Positions 9,348 through 19,008 of a DNA stretch of 60,375 nt are shown piece by piece (position 1 is the first letter of the stretch; the number at the start of each line of letters is the position of its first letter). The position numbers and the translations under genes were made by a program. This DNA is from Ammonifex sp. (GTDB lineage Bacteria > Bacillota > Desulfotomaculia > Desulfotomaculales > DYER01). Where the stretch lies: assembly GCA_020725605.1 (NCBI GenBank), contig DYER01000029.1:1-60375 (forward strand), read 5' to 3'. Under the pieces are notes generated by a model. That model made no database searches and had not been told where the DNA came from. It saw only the letters and a program-made list of their open reading frames with translations.

Positions 9348-10536
9348 CGACTTCGTCGGGGCCATAAGGCACTGCCTGCAGTGCAACTTCTGCCTGTCCG
9401 CCTGCCCGATTTACCGGGAGGAGCTTGTGGAAGCCCACGCCCCGCGCGGCCGGCTTAACCTGGTCGAGGCGGCCCTCGTGGACCAAAGGGTGGCCCCGAA
9501 CGAAAAGGTCCGCCGACGGCTCGACCGGTGCCTGTTGTGCGCCAGCTGTGCCCGGGTCTGCCCGGGCGGAATTCCCCTGGACGACGTGTTCCTGGCGGCC
9601 AGGGTGGAACTGAGCGGAAAGCCGGGCGCCGGGTTAACCGAAAGGTTCGTCGTGCGGCAGGTGCTGAACCGGCGGGTAACCTCCTCCCTGCTGAAGCGCT
9701 CACTGTCCCTGGCCCGACGCTTGGGCCTCGCCCCCTCGGACATCCCGCGTGTGGCCTCGAGTTCCTTTACCCGGCGGGCGCCCCGCGAAGCAGCCCCCCG
9801 CGGGCCTACGGCGGCCCGGGTGGCTTATTTCGTGGGCTGCGGCACCGAATACCTTTTCCCCGACACCGGAGAGGCCCTGTTGCGGGTGCTGCCGGACCAC
9901 GGCATTGCCGTGGTCGTTCCCGAAGGGCAGACGTGTTGCGGGTTGCCCGCCCTGGCCCTCGGCGACCTCGACGCTACCCGCGAGGCGATCGAGGTCTTCC
10001 TGGCCGTCTTTGCCGCGCTCGAGGTAGACGCCGTGGTTACCGACTGCACCTCCTGCGGGCACATGCTGAGGCAGAAGGCACCCTACGTTCTGCCCCCGGA
10101 TGATCCCCGTTTGAAACAGCTACGGGCTTTGTCAGAAAAAATCTTCGAGGTAACCGAGTTCCTGGAAAGGCTGGGTGTACAGAGGAAGCATCCACTTCCG
10201 GACGTAAAAGTCACTTATCATGTGCCTTGCCACCGGGGGTGGAGCGAGGGAGTGGCCGCGGCCCCCCGGCGGCTGCTCGCGCAGGCCACCGGGGTCCGCT
10301 GGACGGAAATGCGGGAACCCGAGAGTTGCTGCGGGGCCGGAGGGTACTTCTTCCTGCGCCACCGCGACGTTGCCGAAAGGATCCGACGCCGCAAAATCGA
10401 AGACATTTTGGCCACCAAGGCAGACGTGGTGGTAACCCAGTGCCCCGCGTGCCGCTACTACCTGCAGCAGGCTCTGGCAGACGAGGGACCGCGGGTGCTG
10501 CACCCGGTCGCCCTGCTGGCCGGGATGGGGCCTTAA
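9322..10536 (+). CDS. (Fe-S)-binding protein, GlcF / CCG-domain family
   Basis: Motifs CLQCNFCLSACP and CLLCASCARVCP, then two CCG domains (TCCGLPA, SCCGAGG, QCPACR). The 5' end overlaps the GlcD-like gene; an alternative GTG lies at 9334. Confidence 0.85.
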   Translation: MARPVYAIDDFVGAIRHCLQCNFCLSACPIYREELVEAHAPRGRLNLVEAALVDQRVAPNEKVRRRLDRCLLCASCARVCPGGIPLDDVFLAARVELSGKPGAGLTERFVVRQVLNRRVTSSLLKRSLSLARRLGLAPSDIPRVASSSFTRRAPREAAPRGPTAARVAYFVGCGTEYLFPDTGEALLRVLPDHGIAVVVPEGQTCCGLPALALGDLDATREAIEVFLAVFAALEVDAVVTDCTSCGHMLRQKAPYVLPPDDPRLKQLRALSEKIFEVTEFLERLGVQRKHPLPDVKVTYHVPCHRGWSEGVAAAPRRLLAQATGVRWTEMREPESCCGAGGYFFLRHRDVAERIRRRKIEDILATKADVVVTQCPACRYYLQQALADEGPRVLHPVALLAGMGP

Positions 10537-10617
10537 ATACGGTGGCCCGAGGCACCGGGGCCGTCTTCCTGCCACCCCGCAGGTCTATTCCCCGTTATCG
10601 GCACCGGCCTGCCCGGC

Positions 10618-11946
10618 TCAAATCACCGCGGTCTTCTGGCGGCGCTTTTCCTCGTACATGCGCGCATCGGCAAGCTTTATCAAATCCTCGGCAGCGAGTG
10701 GCTCCCGCCAGGAGTCCAGGGTGGCGGCACCAATACTCAAGGCGACGGGTACCTCGGGCCCCAAGACGGTCTCCGCGGTAATCCTCCGGCGCAACCTGTC
10801 GGCCACCACGCGCGCCTCTTCCTCGCCGGCGCACACCAGGAGCGCGGCAAACTCGTCGCCCCCAATGCGAAAAAGCAGGTCGCACTGGCGGCAGTTGGCC
10901 CGCAGGAGCTTGCCGATCCGGGCCAGCGCCCTGTCGCCCGCAGGGTGTCCCCGGGTATCGTTAATGGCCTTGAAATTGGTGACATCGATGATCAGAAGGG
11001 AAAGGGGTGTCAGGTAGCGCTTCGCCCGATTGACTTCCCTTTCCAGCGCCTCGTGAAAGGCGAGGCGGTTGCCCAAACCGGTCAGGGGATCGGTGCGGAC
11101 CATTTTCTCCAGGGCCTCTTTGGCCCTGGCCAGTTCCTCGTTCAGCCTTGAGAGCCTCTTGTTTTGCTCTTCCAGGAGGGAAAGGTACTCCTTAAGCTCT
11201 CGGCGCATCCTGACTTGCTCGGTCACGTCCCGGGCAATGCCCCGTACAAATGGTTGCCTTCCTTTGAAAAGAACCGACTGGTACTCCCAGAAGATTTCTT
11301 TGCCGTCCCTGGTTATGCCCCGCATGAGCCCGCGCGCCACGCCCTTTTCGGTGACTTCCTTCAGGTATTGCCCAAACAGGTGCTTTACCGTTGGGTGCAG
11401 GAAAGTGGGGATCCTTTCTCCCTGCAGCTCGTGCGGCAAAAACCCCGTAATACGTTCCACGGCCCGGTTTACCGCCAGAAAGCGGCCCTCAGGGTCGTGC
11501 AGGTATATGATGTCATTAACGTTGTCAAAAATATCGCGCAGGCGGGCCTCGGCCATTTGCAACTCCTCAAGCAGCCTTTTCTCCCCGGTCACATCCAGGA
11601 GCTGTCCCAGAATGGCCGGCCGGGAACGAAAGTGGATCACGGAAAAGTAGCCACGGACGTGCAGGACCTCACCCTGGCGGTTCACGGCCTTAAACTCGTA
11701 GTGTGCTGGCACGTCTTCTCCTGCAAGCCTGCGCCGGGCGCGCTCAAATAAGAGTTCCCGGTCCTCCGGATGCACCAAATCCCATACGTTAATACGCAAA
11801 AGCTCTTCCCTGGTATAGCCGGTCAGTTCCGCAAGACGGCGGTTGACAAACCGGAAAGAGTTGTCCTGGAAGATGTAAATCGGTAGCGGCACCATCTCCA
11901 AACACAGAAGGAATTCCTCGCGGTTCCAGTCCGGCGTGGTCACCAA
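10618..11946 (-). CDS. PAS-domain diguanylate cyclase (GGDEF)
   Basis: Two PAS-like segments are followed by DPLTGLGNRLAF...RQCDLLFRIGGDEFAALL, which contains an intact GGDEF motif and an RxxD I-site. Confidence 0.9.
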   Translation of the reverse strand: MVTTPDWNREEFLLCLEMVPLPIYIFQDNSFRFVNRRLAELTGYTREELLRINVWDLVHPEDRELLFERARRRLAGEDVPAHYEFKAVNRQGEVLHVRGYFSVIHFRSRPAILGQLLDVTGEKRLLEELQMAEARLRDIFDNVNDIIYLHDPEGRFLAVNRAVERITGFLPHELQGERIPTFLHPTVKHLFGQYLKEVTEKGVARGLMRGITRDGKEIFWEYQSVLFKGRQPFVRGIARDVTEQVRMRRELKEYLSLLEEQNKRLSRLNEELARAKEALEKMVRTDPLTGLGNRLAFHEALEREVNRAKRYLTPLSLLIIDVTNFKAINDTRGHPAGDRALARIGKLLRANCRQCDLLFRIGGDEFAALLVCAGEEEARVVADRLRRRITAETVLGPEVPVALSIGAATLDSWREPLAAEDLIKLADARMYEEKRRQKTAVI

Positions 11947-12332
11947 TATTACGCGCCCCCCCGGCGCTCAAGAATTGCCACCGCCCGGCGCCCGGTGCCG
12001 GCCGTGGCAGCCCGGTCCGACCCGGCGCCCGCAGCAACCTCTCGCTGGCCAGCCGCGCCCCCATGTGGAGACCGGCCCCCGGGCGAAGGCGCTCAGGTTC
12101 GGCGGCGGGTTACTTGAGGTAGTTAGAAAATTCAGTAAAGTTTTCCCCACCCCAAAGGCGGCACATCCACCCTTTTCTGCCCGGGAAATCGTCCGCCCGG
12201 CGTTCCGGATTTTCGTGCTTCGGCGGCCGTGCGGGTGCTATCTGGTTCTTGAGGGATAACACAAAAAAATTCGGGGCATGCCCGCGTTTCTCCTCCCATT
12301 TTCGTACCCGACTTTCGCCGATGCTACCAAAG

Positions 12333-12355
12333 AAAAAGGCGGCCCGGCTCGCCGC
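12333..12355 (-). terminator. possible intrinsic terminator downstream of the lipase gene
   Basis: On the minus strand, GCGGC-gagccgg-GCCGC is followed by CTTTTTCTTT. The stem is short (5 bp). Confidence 0.3.
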
Positions 12356-12648
12356 GAGGGAACTAGTGTCCCTTCGTGGGACGCATAAAAAGAAAACGGT
12401 TAAGGGAGGATGGCGGCGGTTTTCCACGGGCCCGAAAGGTACTGTGCTGTGCTTCACTCCCCGATTAAAGGACTGCCGCAAAACCAACAGGTTCAAAACC
12501 CAACGAATTTTTAAGGGGTCTCTGAATTCGTGGCACCTGCGCTGCCGCAGGGGCATAAAAGCCGCGCTTCCGGAGGGCGACATCCCGGGCAGCTCCGCCA
12601 GTCCTCCCAAACCGTGCATGCACACGTACTCTCCAGAACGGACGACAC

Positions 12649-15204
12649 CTACACCCCGAGGGCGCCGAGCAACCTCAGGGTCATGGCCGCCGTCTCGACG
12701 CGGGTGGCCGGGTTGTCGGGCCTAAAAGCGCCGTCCTCGTAGCCCTTGATGATGCCCCTGGCCACGGCCCGGGCGATGCCCTCGGCGGCCCAGGACGGGA
12801 TGTCGGCCGCATCCTTGAACCCCAGTTGCGCCTTCTCCGCGGCCTTGAGGGCCCGGGCCACCATCACGGCCAGCTCGGCACGCGTGATCTGGCGGTCGGC
12901 CCTGAAGGTCTGATCCTCGTAGCCCCTGACCAGGCCGGCCTTGACCGCGGCGCCGACGTATCCCCTGGCCCAGGACGGGATGTCCGCCGCGTCTGCGAAG
13001 CCCGCCGCGGCCGCAGCGTCGGGCGCCAGGTCCAGGGCCACCACCAGCATCTTGGCGAACTCGGCCCGCGTAACGTTGTTTTCGGGCCGGAAGGTCCCGT
13101 CCGGATAACCGGAAACGATGCCCAGGCCCACCAGGCGGTCCAGGACGTTCTGGCGCTCGGCCCAGTGCCCGGCCGTGTCCTTGAAGATCACCACCGGCGC
13201 TGCAAAGACGGCGAACTTGGTCAGGTGGGTTACCTCCACAGTCACGGTGCCCGCCGCGGCGTCCGCGATGCCGCCCAGGTAGAGCCACCTGGCCCGGCCT
13301 TCGTGGTAGTAGTAGGCGGCAGGCTTCATGCCGGAGGAGACCTTGTCCGCGCCGTAGTACAGCGTGACCTTCAGCGGCGCCTTAAAGGCCACCCTCACGT
13401 CGGTGCGGATGTCCACCACGTCGCCCGCCAGCCTGCCGGCCATGTCGGCAGGCACCACGGCCGCCACTTCGGTGGCACCCAGCTTCTCCACCGTGACCTT
13501 CACCGTCGTATCCACGGCGTTGGCCGGTACCTCAACCCTCGCCACTCCGGACAGAGTCACGGTCCCGCCCGCCGCGGGCGTCACGCTGCCCTCCTGCCTG
13601 GTAGGCGGGGGCGCTACTCCGCCACCACCGCCTCTGCCGCCGGCGACTGTCGTCGATATCTGGATGTCCGCGTCTGTGACATTAACTTTACCCTCCAGGA
13701 CGGCCCGCCATTTGTTATCGGCTATCCTGGTGGCCGCCACAGATTTCACCGTCATCCCCGTTACCCTTGCGGCATACACCTCGTCTATGATGCTCACCGT
13801 CACTATCGTGCCGTCGATGACGGGATCCCACACCACCGTCTTGGCAAACTCCTGAAGATAGTCGTTGAATTGAACCATCAATCTCCCAACGGCAGACGAC
13901 GCCAAGTTGGGCACATTTATGACCTGCTTCTTGCCGCCACCGTCCCGCGGTGTAAGCACAATGGATACTGTCCCATTCGGAGGATCAGTTCCGGGGATAA
14001 AGAGGTCAATCCCAGTAAAGAACGGTAGTGCATGGTAGTACTCAATCGGGGTTCCCAGGTTGCTTACACCGTCCGCTCCCTTGTCGTAAACAAACATGTA
14101 GTTAACCCGCTTGTCAATGGGATGTGTGGCAGGACTGATTATGTTAACGCCGTTGATCTCAAGGATGTCATTGCTGACAGGGTGATTACCCCAGAACTCC
14201 TTGTTCCTTCCAATGATGAGGTTGACGTGGCGGTCGCTCCTGTCCATATACCCGGCAACCCCACCGCCAGGCTCCGCAGATGTGGTCAAGCGAATCAGGT
14301 AATCGCTCCTTATGAAAGGCTCGTAGAAAAAGTGGTCAGAGTAGACGTCCCTCACGACCACGAACTCGTAATGTTGACCGCGTTTGGCTTTGAAAGGCCC
14401 CCAGGCGCCATCGCTACCTAAATGGTAAACTGCTGCTGGTTCCGCACGGCTTCTTCTGCCTGTACCGCCATTGACTTCCCATACCTCCAGTGTCGCATTC
14501 TGCACTCCCTCATTCTGCGGGAAAACCACTGCCCGTCCAGCCAGCGTGACGTAATCAGAGGGCTCCGGCAGAATGTCGCTGGTTACGGGGTCCCAACCCG
14601 TGAGAAACCTGTACATTTCTACGAATGATTCAGCGGAGGTCGCCACCTGGACGTGAGTCTGGTTAGGTATAGTGACGTTAGTTGTCCCTGCTATCTGGCG
14701 ACCGGGGGCTCCGTACTCGGCCCATATGGCCAGCGTTGGCACTCCACCCGGAGGAGCGGTCGCGGGCATGCCATCAATAGCCACATAATGGGCCACATTC
14801 GCAGCACGCTCTGGGGATGACAGGTAGCCATACATTACTCTTGTACCGAGAGAATGCGCCACGATGTCAACTTTGTTGGCGTAGGTCCTCTCCTTAACAG
14901 TTTCGATAAGCTGGTCAAGACGTGTCCAAACTAGGTTCAACTCCTCCTCCTTGAGAGGCTGACCAACAGGAAACCTGGAAGTATCGTATTCAAGGACGAA
15001 TATGTAGTCAACGGGGTAGCCGTTGCTTGTAAATCGCATTGCCTGAGACTCAAATTGAGCTCCCGAACCTGCAAAGCCATGGACAAAAATTATGGGTCTG
15101 ATCCCAGGGGTGGACGCAGCCTCTGCAGGTTCCGGGAAGATGCCCAGCACCGTTATTCCGAAAACCAAGACGGCAGCAAGTAAACACCATGCCCCCTTTT
15201 TCAT
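12649..15204 (-). CDS. secreted alpha/beta-hydrolase lipase (Lipase_2/PGAP1-like, AHSLG nucleophile elbow) with three C-terminal SLH domains
   Basis: ATG 15204 follows AAGGAGGGG. Features are a signal peptide, FVHGFAGSG, VDIVAHSLG, and three SLH repeats (GYPDGTFRPENNVTRAEFA, GYEDQTFRADRQITRAELA, GYEDGAFRPDNPATRVE). Confidence 0.85.
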   Translation of the reverse strand: MKKGAWCLLAAVLVFGITVLGIFPEPAEAASTPGIRPIIFVHGFAGSGAQFESQAMRFTSNGYPVDYIFVLEYDTSRFPVGQPLKEEELNLVWTRLDQLIETVKERTYANKVDIVAHSLGTRVMYGYLSSPERAANVAHYVAIDGMPATAPPGGVPTLAIWAEYGAPGRQIAGTTNVTIPNQTHVQVATSAESFVEMYRFLTGWDPVTSDILPEPSDYVTLAGRAVVFPQNEGVQNATLEVWEVNGGTGRRSRAEPAAVYHLGSDGAWGPFKAKRGQHYEFVVVRDVYSDHFFYEPFIRSDYLIRLTTSAEPGGGVAGYMDRSDRHVNLIIGRNKEFWGNHPVSNDILEINGVNIISPATHPIDKRVNYMFVYDKGADGVSNLGTPIEYYHALPFFTGIDLFIPGTDPPNGTVSIVLTPRDGGGKKQVINVPNLASSAVGRLMVQFNDYLQEFAKTVVWDPVIDGTIVTVSIIDEVYAARVTGMTVKSVAATRIADNKWRAVLEGKVNVTDADIQISTTVAGGRGGGGGVAPPPTRQEGSVTPAAGGTVTLSGVARVEVPANAVDTTVKVTVEKLGATEVAAVVPADMAGRLAGDVVDIRTDVRVAFKAPLKVTLYYGADKVSSGMKPAAYYYHEGRARWLYLGGIADAAAGTVTVEVTHLTKFAVFAAPVVIFKDTAGHWAERQNVLDRLVGLGIVSGYPDGTFRPENNVTRAEFAKMLVVALDLAPDAAAAAGFADAADIPSWARGYVGAAVKAGLVRGYEDQTFRADRQITRAELAVMVARALKAAEKAQLGFKDAADIPSWAAEGIARAVARGIIKGYEDGAFRPDNPATRVETAAMTLRLLGALGV

Positions 15205-15377
15205 CGTCACGCCCCTCCTTTTCAAGGTCAGCGAAGGATCGGTCGCGTCTCAAAAACCATCGACGTGGCGGACCTGTTCACCGGACGAAGTGTACCTCAG
15301 GCAAAGAATACCTGTCGGAGCGGCAGATTATCAGGCCCGAGTACCCAAAAAACCCGTGCCGAACTGCCTTAGGCGGC

Positions 15378-16688
15378 TTAATGCTCAACACCGGCCGCTT
15401 CAGGTAGCCTGATGTCCTTCAGATCTTTCCATATCTCCTCGGTAAGGCTGATTTGTTCGGACGAAAGCCCTATTAACTGCACGGGTAGGTACTGCGGGCC
15501 ACCGGGCCAGGTGTGTCCGCCGTTCTTCACGTGATAGAAAATGACCTTTGTACCGTTGGTCCCTCCGCCGTACACGTACTTGACGACGCTGGTGGGATCA
15601 TCGGCCACAACCTTGGGATACTCATACACCCCGGGCTCGGTCCCAGTTTTGTTCCAGTACACCCACCGGGCTACAGTAGCGTGCGCCGACAAAAATGCTG
15701 GGTTGCCATTGAAGGGTACCACCGGATCGGCGTCTCCCTGGCACTGAATGACCGTGATGGGACGTTTCGGAGTCTTATTTACCAACGGGGCCGTTAGAGG
15801 ACCTGTCACGCCTGCAATTGCCGCTATTTTGTCCGAAAGCTTGATTGCCAACTTATGACAGAACATGCTGCCGTTAGACATGCCCGTTGCATATACTCGG
15901 GTTCTGTCGATGTTGAACTTGGCCGTCAACTTATCGATAAGAGCCGAAACGAAGGCCACATCATCAACGTCGCCTGTCATGGGAGGGATGCCGATATTCC
16001 ATTTCCCCTGGTAACCTTGTAACAGTTCTGGCCTGCGAGCAAGAGAAAACCCGGGATCCACTTCAGTACCATTGGGGAAGACCACAATAAACCCTTCCTT
16101 CTCAGCCAGGAGGTCAAGTCCCGAGAGATTGCGCTGACCGATGCCGTTGCTCTGGTACCCATGGAAGGACAGCACAAGAGGCACCGGTGTCTTACCGTCG
16201 TAGGATGAAGGGAGGTAATACTCGTACGTCCGCTCCACCCCGCCGCACTCGATGGTGCCGTGCTGCAGGGGGTAGGCCGATACCGCCAGTGTCCCGTCTT
16301 GTTTCAGCTCGCGGTCTGAGTGGGGATGGGGGCTGGTATTATTCAGCGGCTCCTGAGCCATGGCTTGCTCCATCTCAGGCCAGGTCCTGGGCACTTCCGA
16401 GTTTATATTGCCACCCCAGTTGTAGATGCAACCATCCTTATCCTGGATAAAAATTTGGCTATTCGCGTCGTAAAGGGTCTTAAGATAGCCTTGCTTCAAT
16501 GCATCCCACATTCTGCTGTCGCCGCCGGCGGCGAGGGCCCGGGCCTTCCGGTAATCCGCTTTGATGATGTGCCCGTCCCGGGTGGAATAGAACACACGTT
16601 TTATATCCGCACCCCACGCGGTGGCCGTAACGCCCACCAGCAATAGGAGGGCTGAGGCCAGCCCGAATAACGCTCCCCTAGTGCGCAT
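15378..16688 (-). CDS. secreted esterase, PHB-depolymerase family (LpqC-like)
   Basis: A signal peptide is followed by PLVLSFHGYQSNG and VYATGMSNGSMF (GxSxG). An RBS-like GGAGAGG lies upstream of ATG 16688. Confidence 0.8.
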   Translation of the reverse strand: MRTRGALFGLASALLLLVGVTATAWGADIKRVFYSTRDGHIIKADYRKARALAAGGDSRMWDALKQGYLKTLYDANSQIFIQDKDGCIYNWGGNINSEVPRTWPEMEQAMAQEPLNNTSPHPHSDRELKQDGTLAVSAYPLQHGTIECGGVERTYEYYLPSSYDGKTPVPLVLSFHGYQSNGIGQRNLSGLDLLAEKEGFIVVFPNGTEVDPGFSLARRPELLQGYQGKWNIGIPPMTGDVDDVAFVSALIDKLTAKFNIDRTRVYATGMSNGSMFCHKLAIKLSDKIAAIAGVTGPLTAPLVNKTPKRPITVIQCQGDADPVVPFNGNPAFLSAHATVARWVYWNKTGTEPGVYEYPKVVADDPTSVVKYVYGGGTNGTKVIFYHVKNGGHTWPGGPQYLPVQLIGLSSEQISLTEEIWKDLKDIRLPEAAGVEH

Positions 16689-17081
16689 ACGGCCTCTCCA
16701 ACCTCCTTCATGCAGTGCTCGAAGGCCATGTGACGATCAGGCTATTCAACGTAAGACCTCTGCACCACGGGCTTCCACCACCTCCATTTCCGTTTCACCA
16801 CAACCCATCTTACCTTCATCGGACGATTCGCTGACGCTACGCACTTTCGAAACGTCATCGCCCCGCCGTGTTGCACAAGCTCGTCCCTAGCGGGTCGTTC
16901 GTATAGGAATGACCCGACTCTTCCCCCCACCGGCGTTGCGCCCGGGAGGTGGCACAGGTTTCCTGGCCCACCTAAAAGAACATATCACGGCAGCCTTCTT
17001 TGTTCCCGTTCTTACTGGCTTGTACTCGCGCTTTTCACTCCACTGCGGTTATTTGCAGTTTTCTACTTTTTTTCAGGGTTC

Positions 17082-17096
17082 GCAATTTTCGTGCCA
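17082..17096 (-). promoter_or_regulatory. sigma-54 (-24/-12) promoter
   Basis: The minus strand reads TGGCACGAAAATTGC, an exact match to TGGCACG-N4-TTGC. It faces the esterase/lipase genes, about 390 nt upstream of ATG 16688. Confidence 0.7.
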
Positions 17097-17463
17097 CGAG
17101 GTACCCCTGCGCCCCTAGGGTACGTACCGCACTTTGGTACACACCGACACCTTGACCGTGCTCCCGTCACCGGATTGCCAGTCACCACACGGCAGTGCCG
17201 TTTTCCGGCACGCCTGTTTTTTCACCGGCGGTGTCGTCTCGCACGGTCTCAGCATTACCCCCGCCGACGTCGCCCGCGGTCCGCCTTCCGGTACCCTAGC
17301 CGCGGCCGCCCAAGCGCCAGGGCGGAGTCCTCTGGCGTAGATGCTCCAAAAAACACCCAAAGGGACCGCCTCGTGGCGGTTACATTATGAAACGCGACGG
17401 CACGGCCAAAGGTTGCATTATCAGACACGCGGCGGCCACGTGGTCCGGGCCGCCCGCATTATT

Positions 17464-17784
17464 TCAACCCGTAATGCTCTGGAGCTTCATGGCCAGGGCC
17501 ATGTCACCCTGCAGTTTAAGCTTGCCGCCCATGAAGGCCACCATGGCGTTGAGCTTGCCGGAAATCATGTCCACGAAATCTGCCGCCTCCATGGTTATGG
17601 TCACGTTGGGGTTGTCCGCCGTCCCCTCCTCAATGGTTCCGGCGCCGTCTTGGAACCTGAGTACGTAATTTCCACCGCCTTCTCCCTCCAGCACGAACTG
17701 GTAAACCGCCGTAACCCCCTGCATGGCTGCCGGCCTGGCCACCCTCTCCCTCAGCCTCTCCAGAACCTCCTGTACCGCGGCCAT
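17464..17784 (-). CDS. SCP2 sterol-carrier-like domain protein
   Basis: ATG 17784 follows AGAGGGGG. The sequence VYQFVLEGEGGGNYVLRF...ADFVDMISGKLNAMVAFMGGKLKLQGDMALAMKL is typical of SCP2. The upstream part of the track ORF overlaps the SDR gene. Confidence 0.8.
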   Translation of the reverse strand: MAAVQEVLERLRERVARPAAMQGVTAVYQFVLEGEGGGNYVLRFQDGAGTIEEGTADNPNVTITMEAADFVDMISGKLNAMVAFMGGKLKLQGDMALAMKLQSITG

Positions 17785-17825
17785 GGACTTTACCCCCTCT
17801 TTCGGAGTTTTATAAGTTTTCGGCG

Positions 17826-18596
17826 CTATACGGTGCTGCCCCCGTCCAGCACCAGCACGTGGCCCGTCACGTACGAGGAAGCCTCGCTGGCCAGATACAG
17901 CGCCGCCTGGGCCACCTCCTCGGGCTGGGCAATCCTTTTTATGGGCATGTACTTCATGTATTCTCCCATCAATGCCTCGTTCTTCCACAGCGTTTCGCTG
18001 AAACGGGTTTGCACCACCCCCGGGGCCACGGCGTTTACCCGTATGCCGTAGTCCCCCAATTCCAGGGCCAGGATCCTGGTCAGCATGATGACGCCGGCCT
18101 TGCTCAGGCAGTACAGGCCCATCCCGCGGACGGGCCTCAACCCGCCCGCGGAGGCGACGTTGACGATCACACCGCCCCCCTGCTGCATCATGTGCCTGGC
18201 CACCAGCTGGCTCAGGATAAAATACCCTTTCAGGTTCGTGTTCATGATCTGGTCGTAGACCTCTTCGCTCATCTCGGTTATGGGCCCCATGAGGGGACTG
18301 GTGGCCGCGTTGTTCACCAGAATGTCGATGCGGCCGAATTCGGCCGTTACCTTTGCGACCAGCGTCCGCAGTTCCTCCGGCTTCCGGTTGTGGGCCGGCC
18401 AGGCCAGGGCCCTTCTCCCCTCGGCCCTTATTTCTGCGGCCACTTTTTCCAGGTCGGGGAGCTTGCGGCTGCTTACGGCCACGTCCGCGCCGGCCCGGGC
18501 GAAAGTGAGCGCTACGGCCCGCCCGATGCCCCGGCTGCCTCCTGTTATAAGGGCCACCTTCCCGGCCAGAGACAACGACAACGAGGCGGCCTGCAT
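17826..18596 (-). CDS. SDR-family oxidoreductase (FabG-like)
   Basis: Motifs are GKVALITGGSRGIG, NNAA and a YxxxK-type region (YCLSKAG). Confidence 0.9.
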   Translation of the reverse strand: MQAASLSLSLAGKVALITGGSRGIGRAVALTFARAGADVAVSSRKLPDLEKVAAEIRAEGRRALAWPAHNRKPEELRTLVAKVTAEFGRIDILVNNAATSPLMGPITEMSEEVYDQIMNTNLKGYFILSQLVARHMMQQGGGVIVNVASAGGLRPVRGMGLYCLSKAGVIMLTRILALELGDYGIRVNAVAPGVVQTRFSETLWKNEALMGEYMKYMPIKRIAQPEEVAQAALYLASEASSYVTGHVLVLDGGSTV

Positions 18597-18958
18597 TAAC
18601 GATCCCCCTTCATTTCCCTGAAGCGCTCCAGAGTCTTCCCGGGCATCCCCGTCTCCCCTCCAAATCGGGTGAAGTCGGGATCGATGACGGCGCCGGGTAC
18701 CTGGCGATACCCTCGAGCCGGTCGACGGGATACCTCTTCTTCCGCATTCTTCAGCAGGTCTTCCTCGCTCTGGTGGATATGGCAGATGTAAGTGCCTAGC
18801 CTGCGTTCGCCTCTACGCTTTCTCTGCAATAACCGTACCAGAGGTGCCGCCGCCTCCGGCGGGCGACCGCGGTGGCCCGCAAAAAAACTGACGGTGCGAT
18901 TCGACACCGGTACGGTGCATGCCAACACCACCGCCGTCTGCGCGCTCCGGCCTGCCAC
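18596..18958 (-). CDS. hypothetical small protein (start and authenticity uncertain)
   Basis: The ORF stop overlaps the SDR ATG (TAATG), which suggests translational coupling. Only the C-terminal ~60 aa look protein-like, and I recognise no family. Confidence 0.3.
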   Translation of the reverse strand: MAGRSAQTAVVLACTVPVSNRTVSFFAGHRGRPPEAAAPLVRLLQRKRRGERRLGTYICHIHQSEEDLLKNAEEEVSRRPARGYRQVPGAVIDPDFTRFGGETGMPGKTLERFREMKGDR

Positions 18959-19008
18959 TCCCCGGCGGTGTACGAACGCACCACCGCATCGGAAAGCCTT
19001 GCCGCGAA

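Noticed and set aside
11966-11980. Sigma-54-like TGGCAATTCTTGAGC on the minus strand, upstream of the PAS-GGDEF gene.
   Set aside because: It matches the consensus poorly (only the GG/GC dinucleotides). It lies only about 20 nt from the start codon, leaving no room for a leader or RBS.
12529-12543. Sigma-54-like TGGCACCTGCGCTGC on the plus strand.
   Set aside because: The -12 element is CTGC rather than TTGC. No plus-strand gene follows, and the site points antisense into the lipase 3' end. It is probably chance.
12110-12725. The ORFs 12110-12625 (-) and 12249-12725 (+) in the 700-bp gap between the GGDEF and lipase genes.
   Set aside because: Their sequences are not protein-like, and neither has an RBS. 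The region is treated as intergenic, and I recognised no RNA family in it.
16742-16930. A 62-aa ORF inside the long esterase leader.
   Set aside because: It has a GTG start without an RBS, and a Trp/Arg/Lys-rich improbable sequence with no recognisable family. It is more likely non-coding leader.
10618-17460. The lower-GC stretch interpreted as a mobile element or genomic island with defined ends.
   Set aside because: No integrase, transposase, tRNA target or flanking direct repeats are visible. Only the compositional shift is reported.
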